The notes under the pieces: model-generated | Told to the model about the DNA's origin: nothing | What the model saw: the letters and a program-made list of their open reading frames with translations, nothing else | The model's database searches: none | Source: Alkaliphilus hydrothermalis | GTDB lineage: Bacteria > Bacillota > Clostridia > Peptostreptococcales > Natronincolaceae | Direction of reading: 5' to 3' | Length of the DNA stretch: 32,000 nucleotides | Assembly (NCBI RefSeq): GCF_016908555.1 | Contig: NZ_JAFBEE010000012.1 | Location: 29,815 to 61,814 of the forward strand | Translations under genes and position numbers: made by a program | In this document: piece after piece, positions 26,739 to 32,000 of the stretch | How positions within the stretch are numbered: the stretch's first letter is position 1 | How the letters are laid out: each line of letters opens with the position of its first letter

Positions 26739-28061
26739 ATGGAAGAAAATAAAGTCAAAAAGATGCTATCTTATCGTTGGATTGTATGGGGAGTGCTGGC
26801 ATTAGCCTATATTATTGTTTTCTTTCACCGACTAGCAATTGGTGTGGTAAGGGAAGATTTGGTTAATACCTTTGGAATTACAGGGACAACCTTTGCCAAT
26901 ATTGGTTCCACATATTTTTACGCCTATATGTTCATGCAGATTCCATCAGGAATCCTAGCTGATTCATTGGGGGCAAGAAAAACAGTTACCTTAGGAACAT
27001 TATTAGCAGGGATCGGTTCAGTTATGTTCGGATTAGCGCCAAACCTATTTATGCTGTTTGCTGGAAGATTATTAGTAGGTATAGGTGTTTCGGTAGTATT
27101 TATTGCAATTTTAAAAGTACAATCCCAATGGTTTAAGGAAAGTGAATTTGGTACAATGTCTGGGATTACCTCCTTCGTTGGAAACATGGGGGGGATATTT
27201 GCCCAAACACCTTTGGCAATATTAGTAGGATATTTTACGTGGAGAAGTACCTTTGCAGGAATTGGAGCAATCAGTATACTTTTAGCAATCCTTTGTTATG
27301 TGGTGGTTCGTAATACCCCTCAGGATATGGGATTACCAACTATAGAAGAAATAGAAGGAAAGAAAAAGGAGGCCCAAGCGGTAGAAAGACCACCTCTACT
27401 AAAGAGCTTAGGTCAAGCCTTGACAAATCCCTACACATGGCCAGGATTCGTCATCTTTACAGGATTCTTTGGGGCTTTTGTCTCCCTAACAGGAACCTGG
27501 GGAAATAGCTACTTAGTAGATGTATATGGATTAGCCCCAGAAAAAGCACCAAACTACTTAATGGTGGCAGTGTTGGGTCTAGCCCTAGGGGGACTAGTAA
27601 TTGGAAAAATTTCTGACGCAGTTAAAAGTAGAAAGATACCAATGATCGCATTCGGTACAATCTACGTTGCTTGTTGGGCAATCATCGTATTCGTAGGAGA
27701 CGGAAAGCCTCCAGTTGAAATATTATATCCTTTATTCTTTATCCTTGGGTTTACCTGTCCTGCCTTCGTACTTGGTTGGGCATGCGGTAAGGAAGTTAAC
27801 CATCCTGCTATAGCAGGGATTTCAACATCCATTGTTAATATGGGAGGATTCTTTGGAGGAGCAATCTTACCTCCAATCCTAGGAAAAATCTTTGATACCT
27901 ATGGTGGAACAATGGAAGCTACTGAATTATATCAAAAAGCCTTCTTATATTGCTTTGCCTTTGCAGCAGTAGGATACGTTTTTACATTCCTAGTGAAGGA
28001 AACCCGTTGTAAAAATATCTATGCAGATAGTTTATGTGGCCGAAATCTTAAACAAAAATAA
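26739..28061 (+). CDS. MFS transporter (anion:cation symporter-like)
   Basis: About 12 TM segments. The MFS loop 2-3 motif is GILADSLGARKTVTLG and a second signature is FAGRLLVGIG. I prefer ATG 26739 (MEENKVKK) with RBS AAGGGAA. The substrate is unknown. Confidence 0.8.
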   Translation: MEENKVKKMLSYRWIVWGVLALAYIIVFFHRLAIGVVREDLVNTFGITGTTFANIGSTYFYAYMFMQIPSGILADSLGARKTVTLGTLLAGIGSVMFGLAPNLFMLFAGRLLVGIGVSVVFIAILKVQSQWFKESEFGTMSGITSFVGNMGGIFAQTPLAILVGYFTWRSTFAGIGAISILLAILCYVVVRNTPQDMGLPTIEEIEGKKKEAQAVERPPLLKSLGQALTNPYTWPGFVIFTGFFGAFVSLTGTWGNSYLVDVYGLAPEKAPNYLMVAVLGLALGGLVIGKISDAVKSRKIPMIAFGTIYVACWAIIVFVGDGKPPVEILYPLFFILGFTCPAFVLGWACGKEVNHPAIAGISTSIVNMGGFFGGAILPPILGKIFDTYGGTMEATELYQKAFLYCFAFAAVGYVFTFLVKETRCKNIYADSLCGRNLKQK

Positions 28062-28064
28062 ATA

Positions 28065-28222
28065 AGGAATACAGGTGCCCCACGGGGAGAATAGGTAATG
28101 AAGTGCCAATCTTCAACGGTCCCGCCACTGTAAAGAGGAGCCCTACATTAAATAGCCACTGGTTCTACTGGGAAGGCATGTAGGGTGATGAAGCTAAGCC
28201 AGGAGACCTGCCTGATATTCCT
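28065..28222 (+). promoter_or_regulatory. Second cobalamin (B12) riboswitch aptamer, class I / AdoCbl-type
   Basis: It has the core CAACGGTCCCGCCACTGT, the peripheral element CCACTGG...CTGGGAAGGC and the B12 box AGCCAGGAGACCTGCC. P1 pairs AGGAATACAGG with CCTGATATTCCT. It starts 4 nt after the MFS stop codon. Confidence 0.88.
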
Positions 28223-28240
28223 GTCAATATGAACGATGGT

Positions 28241-28294
28241 AAAGGCCAAGGTGTTTTTTGCAAATGCAAAACACCTTGGCCTTTACTTTTTTTA
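28241..28294 (+). terminator. Riboswitch expression-platform terminator
   Basis: A long stem (AAAGGCCAAGGTGTTTT / AAAACACCTTGGCCTTT) followed by ACTTTTTTT. Confidence 0.85.
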
Positions 28295-28426
28295 GTGGGT
28301 TCTTTACAGTGGGGAATTGTTGAATAGATTAATGTTTCAATACTCGAAATTTTTTAATTATTCAAGAGGGATTTGACGGCGTTGTGTTGAATAATAGAGT
28401 TAATCATTATACTAGGAGGGGATAGA

Positions 28427-29584
28427 ATGATCTTAATTCAAGATGCAAAAGTTTACACAATGGCTGGAAAAGTATTGGAAAAGGGAAGTGTTTTGGTTCA
28501 AGACGGAAAAATTAAGGAAATAGGGGAAACAATCACAGCACCAGAGGGAGTAGAAGTAATTGATGCTACTGGAAAAATGGTGTTCCCAGGTATGATTGAT
28601 GCCCATTCACATTTAGGCTTATGGGAGGATGCCATTGGCTTTGAAGGGGCTGACGGAAATGAAATGACAGACCCCGTTACTCCCCACTTAAGAAGTATTG
28701 ATGGTATTAATCCTATGGATGTTACCTTTAAAGAAGCTTACGAGGGTGGAATAACTGCAACTGCATCAGGCCCAGGAAGTGCTAATGTGATCGGAGGGCA
28801 GTTTGCAGTAATCAAAACCTATGGAAAGCGAATCGACGACATGATCATGGTGGAGAATGTTGCGATGAAGTGTGCCTTTGGCGAGAATCCAAAGAGGGTA
28901 TACAATGAGAAAAAGCGTATGCCTATGACAAGAATGGGAACCGCTGCTCTATTAAGAGAAACCATTCTACAGGCCAAGAGATACCAAGACCGAATAGCTG
29001 CAGCAGATGGTGATCTAGCTAAATTCCCTCCATACGATATGAAAATGGAGGCAATGTTACCTGTGTTAGAGAAGAAAATTCCTCTTAAGGCCCATGCCCA
29101 TCGAGCGGATGATATCTTTACTGCTATCAGATTAGCTAAAGAGTTTGATTTGAAAATCACATTAGAACACTGTACAGAAGGACACTTGATTGCTGATGAA
29201 TTAGCTCAAGAAGGAATTCCTGTTGTTGTGGGACCAAGCTTTGGTCATCGTTCGAAGTATGAACTAAAAAATAAAACCTTTGATACACCTGGGGTATTAA
29301 ATAAAGCAGGGGTTAAGGTGGCTATAATGACGGACCACCCAGTAATTCCTCTGGAAAGTCTACCAATGTGTGCAGCTATGGCGGTGAAGGCTGGAATGGA
29401 TGAAGATGAGGCTCTTAAATCCATCACCATCTATCCTGCGGAAATATTAGGTATAGAAGACCGTATAGGAAGTCTAGAAGTAGGTAAGGATGCAGATATT
29501 GTTATCTGGGATAATCATCCTTTTGATCTACAAGCTAGTGTAAGCTGCACAATTATTGATGGAAAGATAGTATACCGTAAGTAA
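28427..29584 (+). CDS. Metal-dependent amidohydrolase (PF01979 / COG1228-like)
   Basis: 385 aa. It has the N-terminal beta-sandwich (GKIKEIG...VIDATGKMVFPGMIDAHSHLG with the HxH metal motif), a later HAH/HC histidine cluster, and the C-terminal GSLEVGKDADIVIWD. The substrate is unknown. Confidence 0.85.
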   Translation: MILIQDAKVYTMAGKVLEKGSVLVQDGKIKEIGETITAPEGVEVIDATGKMVFPGMIDAHSHLGLWEDAIGFEGADGNEMTDPVTPHLRSIDGINPMDVTFKEAYEGGITATASGPGSANVIGGQFAVIKTYGKRIDDMIMVENVAMKCAFGENPKRVYNEKKRMPMTRMGTAALLRETILQAKRYQDRIAAADGDLAKFPPYDMKMEAMLPVLEKKIPLKAHAHRADDIFTAIRLAKEFDLKITLEHCTEGHLIADELAQEGIPVVVGPSFGHRSKYELKNKTFDTPGVLNKAGVKVAIMTDHPVIPLESLPMCAAMAVKAGMDEDEALKSITIYPAEILGIEDRIGSLEVGKDADIVIWDNHPFDLQASVSCTIIDGKIVYRK

Positions 29585-29625
29585 TTGAAGTGGGGTATTG
29601 GAGGCATTAAGGAGAGATATAGAAA

Positions 29626-30108
29626 ATGGATCAGATGCCTTTAAAGGATATTATTATATGCGGAATACCAGAAGCCATGATAATGATTTACTTGGGGCTA
29701 TATTTAATGGGAAAAAAGCCCTCCGTTAAAAGAGTAGTGGTGGCAGGTATTTTACAGGGGATTGCTTCATACTATATTAGACAATATACAGGGTATGGAG
29801 AACGTTTTGTCTACCAGACAATATCCATGATGGCAATAACTTGTTCGGTTGTTAGAGTGAACCCTCTTTGTGGCTTAGTTTCTAGCTCTATCGGAGCCAC
29901 CTTGAACATTTTGGTTGAATCAGCATACATACTCATGGCACTTAAATTTAGTGATTATACATATGCTGAAATCCTTTCCCATGACTGGCTACGGGTTATA
30001 TTTGCTACACCAAAGCAAATCATTCTTCTGTTGATTATGGGTGTAATCATTAAAAACAGATATACGTTAGAGGCAGAGTTTAAGTTCTTAGGGAAAATAA
30101 AAGGTTAA
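29626..30108 (+). CDS. Small integral membrane protein, unknown function
   Basis: 160 aa with 4-5 hydrophobic segments and a good RBS (AAGGAGAG). It lies 41 nt downstream of the amidohydrolase on the same strand. Confidence 0.6.
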   Translation: MDQMPLKDIIICGIPEAMIMIYLGLYLMGKKPSVKRVVVAGILQGIASYYIRQYTGYGERFVYQTISMMAITCSVVRVNPLCGLVSSSIGATLNILVESAYILMALKFSDYTYAEILSHDWLRVIFATPKQIILLLIMGVIIKNRYTLEAEFKFLGKIKG

Positions 30109-30144
30109 TGATGGACTTTGATGGATATATATTAAACAAAGTTA

Positions 30145-30173
30145 TTGCTAACAATGATAATTAGCGTTATAAT
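30145..30173 (+). promoter_or_regulatory. Sigma-A promoter for the FMN riboswitch-ribU unit
   Basis: TTGCTA (30145-30150), a 17-nt spacer, then TATAAT (30168-30173). Confidence 0.6.
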
Positions 30174-30198
30174 AATAGTAAACTTAATAATATTTATT

Positions 30199-30322
30199 CT
30201 ATTCTTCAGGGCGGGGCGCGATTCCCCACCGGCGGTAACGTGATGAACGAAGCCCGCGAGCCAATAGGCTGATCTGGTGAGATTCCAGAGCCGACAGTTA
30301 TAGTCTGGATGGGAGAAGATAG
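30199..30322 (+). promoter_or_regulatory. FMN riboswitch (RFN element)
   Basis: CTTCAGGGCGGGGCGCGATTCCCCACCGGCGGT...AGCCCGCGAGC...GATCTGGTGAGATTCCAGAGCCGACAGTTATAGTCTGGATGGGAGAAG matches the RFN consensus. P1 pairs CTATTCTTC with GAAGATAG. Confidence 0.95.
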
Positions 30323-30355
30323 TTTGTTATATATATTGTGAACTATGCCTACTTT

Positions 30356-30397
30356 ACACCTGGAGATGATTCTTCAGGTGTTTTGTTATTTTTTTCT
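30356..30397 (+). terminator. FMN riboswitch expression-platform terminator
   Basis: ACACCTGGAGA / TCTTCAGGTGT stem (one G-U pair) followed by TTTTGTTATTTTTTT. Confidence 0.75.
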
Positions 30398-30445
30398 CCA
30401 AAACATGATGAAGAATCGGAATTCATAAAGAGGAGGAATTATGTC

Positions 30446-31063
30446 ATGCATAGAGTAAGTACAGGTTATGGCACAAGAAAGAAAACAATGTCTACAAAAA
30501 CAATGGTGAAGGTTTCTATTTTATCGGTGATGGCTTTTATCTTGATGTTGATGGAATTTCCAATACCAATTTTTCCTGGGTTCTTAAAGGTTGATTTCAG
30601 TGATGTACCAGCTTTAATTGGAGGCTTTGCTTTAGGACCGGTGGCTGGAGCGTTGATTCAATTAGTAAAGGTTTTATTATTCTTCATAACAAAGACTGAA
30701 ACAGGCGGTATCGGAGAGTTGGCGAATTTTATAGTTGGGGCGGGCTTTGTTGTTCCGGCAGCTATGATTTATCATCTTAAAAAAGACCGTAAACATGCGA
30801 TATTAGGTGTAATAGTCGGAACAATCTGTATGGCAATCGCTGGAGTATTGGCTAACCTATATATTATAATCCCCTTCTATACAAAGATATTCCCATTGGA
30901 AGTAATTGTAGAGATGGGAACAGTGGTGAATAGTCGAATTGTAGACCTAGAGAGTCTAGTAATGTATGGAATCACTCCCTTCAACCTATTTAAAGGGACC
31001 ATAATTGGAATAGTAACCATAATAATCTACAAAAAGATATCACCATTACTTAAAAACAATTAA
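30446..31063 (+). CDS. ribU: Riboflavin transporter RibU (ECF transporter S component)
   Basis: LMEFPIPIFPGFLKVDFSDVPALIGGFALGP and GELANFIVG are typical RibU motifs. It is under an FMN riboswitch. I prefer ATG 30446 with RBS AGGAGG 9 nt upstream; the track start at 30338 lies within the riboswitch platform. Confidence 0.9.
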   Translation: MHRVSTGYGTRKKTMSTKTMVKVSILSVMAFILMLMEFPIPIFPGFLKVDFSDVPALIGGFALGPVAGALIQLVKVLLFFITKTETGGIGELANFIVGAGFVVPAAMIYHLKKDRKHAILGVIVGTICMAIAGVLANLYIIIPFYTKIFPLEVIVEMGTVVNSRIVDLESLVMYGITPFNLFKGTIIGIVTIIIYKKISPLLKNN

Positions 31064-31069
31064 TAAATG

Positions 31070-31095
31070 AAGGGTCTCCTGTTGGAGGCCCTTTT
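31070..31095 (+). terminator. Intrinsic terminator after ribU
   Basis: AAGGGTCTCC / GGAGGCCCTT stem, a 4-nt loop, then TTTT. Confidence 0.7.
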
Positions 31096-31130
31096 CAGTT
31101 AAAAGAGAGTAACAATTATATATAAAAACG

Positions 31131-31159
31131 TTTAGCTTTTATATAAAAAGTGGTATAAT
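31131..31159 (+). promoter_or_regulatory. Promoter candidate for the terminal two-gene cassette
   Basis: TTTAGC (31131-31136), a 17-nt spacer, then TATAAT (31154-31159) with an upstream TGG. Confidence 0.45.
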
Positions 31160-31207
31160 TTAGTATATAAAGAATACAAAGGTAAAAGTTAAAGAGGTGA
31201 ATAAACT

Positions 31208-31642
31208 TTGAAGGATGATTTTTATGCAACAGCACAAAGAGTCTGGAAAGATGCCAATATACTAAATAATACTCCAAATAATACTAGTTACTTTAACACT
31301 TGTTATTTATCAGGTTATATATTAGAATGCTATGGAAAACTATTAATTGAAGCATCGGAGGTAGGTAAACCAGACAGTTTTGGACATAATATAAGGAGGA
31401 TAAATGAAGTAATTAATAAGACAGTGTCTTTTGATCAGACTTACTCAAAATATTGTATTGATTTAAATACAAAATGTACCTCCATATATAAAGGTAAGCA
31501 CAGATGGCATCCTAATAATAGATATTCAGGCAGTTCCACTTTATGGAACACGAAAGAAGTAGCAGATAAATTTATAAATGAATCAGAAATTGTAATGGAT
31601 ATAATTGATGAGATGAAGGTAGATGGGATGGTGAGAAGATGA
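31208..31642 (+). CDS. HEPN-domain-like protein (classical PF05168-type layout)
   Basis: 144 aa, helical. The order A..W..A...L, then Y...Y.....E...K, then GHNIRRI, then NRYSG, then a C-terminal helix parallels classical HEPN domains. It uses a TTG start with RBS AGAGGTGA. The assignment is by eye only. Confidence 0.4.
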   Translation: MKDDFYATAQRVWKDANILNNTPNNTSYFNTCYLSGYILECYGKLLIEASEVGKPDSFGHNIRRINEVINKTVSFDQTYSKYCIDLNTKCTSIYKGKHRWHPNNRYSGSSTLWNTKEVADKFINESEIVMDIIDEMKVDGMVRR

Positions 31643-32000
31643 AGACAGTACATTTTGATGAAGTATATGAATTATTACATGATAAGCTTACAATTATTAA
31701 ACATTATAATAATGTTACATTTTATATCATAAGGGATGTGTTTGGTAGAATATCAATATATATACTAAAAGAAGGAGAAGACTCAGAATTAATTAATTTT
31801 GTAACCAATATTATTAAAGAGGCTATTGGTGAACCTTGGCTTAATACTGTAGAACAAGTTTTTAAAGGTTCTAGATTTCTTGATAAATTAAGAACTATAA
31901 CAAAAAAAATAAATGATACAGATAACATCTATTACGGTGAGCGACATTTAACTCGATTGAATTGGTTTAGGAAAAAAATGCAAATAGAAGAAATACAATC
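31639..32000 (+). CDS. Unknown protein, 5' part only (open to the window end), translationally coupled to the HEPN-like gene
   Basis: ATG 31639 overlaps the upstream TGA (an ATGA overlap). There are 120 codons without a stop through base 32000 (MKTVHFDEVYELLHDKLTIIKHYNN...GERHLTRLNWFRKKMQIEEIQ). It is absent from the ORF track because no stop lies in the window. Confidence 0.6.
   Translation, partial: MKTVHFDEVYELLHDKLTIIKHYNNVTFYIIRDVFGRISIYILKEGEDSELINFVTNIIKEAIGEPWLNTVEQVFKGSRFLDKLRTITKKINDTDNIYYGERHLTRLNWFRKKMQIEEIQ

Noticed and set aside
27188-27194. A G7 homopolymer in the MFS transporter gene (atg ggg ggg ata, Gly-Gly).
   Set aside because: It is shorter than the fliC C8 tract. It lies in a transporter with no obvious reason for phase variation and is most simply explained by Gly-Gly coding. 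It is noted only as a comparator for the fliC tract.
1-32000. A search by eye for CRISPR arrays, IS elements or transposases, integrases, tRNA and rRNA genes.
   Set aside because: I saw no regularly spaced direct repeats, no terminal inverted repeats flanking an ORF, no recombinase-like ORF, and no tRNA/rRNA-like conserved sequences.

Overview
This window looks like a low-GC Firmicutes (Clostridia-type) chromosomal segment made mostly of core genes. I saw no transposase, integrase, CRISPR array, rRNA or tRNA. The left half keeps the Bacillus-like order yvyF-like, flaG, fliS, fliT/flgN-like, hpf, secA, prfB. The prfB gene has the classical CUU-UGA-C +1 frameshift. Next come a Cache/HAMP chemoreceptor, a cold-shock gene, and a second flagellar island (YaaR-like, FliK-like 812-aa protein, FlhB C-terminal-fragment homolog, flagellin, second FliS). 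After that are tex, a GNAT gene and a SpoVB/MurJ-like flippase. The right third carries three vitamin-sensing riboswitches within about 7.5 kb. A cobalamin riboswitch sits in front of an AAEx-type transporter plus sucCD. A second cobalamin riboswitch starts 4 nt after an MFS gene stop and precedes an amidohydrolase and a small membrane protein. An FMN riboswitch sits in front of ribU. The items most worth follow-up are: (1) an independently transcribed, terminated, roughly 200-nt GC-rich structured RNA upstream of hpf, a raiA-motif candidate; (2) a same-orientation DnaA-box cluster in the 760-bp non-coding gap before hpf; (3) the unusual gene content under the two B12 riboswitches; (4) the FliK-like / FlhB-CC-like pair next to flagellin; (5) a C8 homopolymer inside the flagellin variable region; (6) an AT-rich two-gene cassette cut by the window end, made of a HEPN-like protein and an ATGA-overlapped unknown partner. 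All family assignments come from reading the translated ORFs and motifs by eye. No database search was run.
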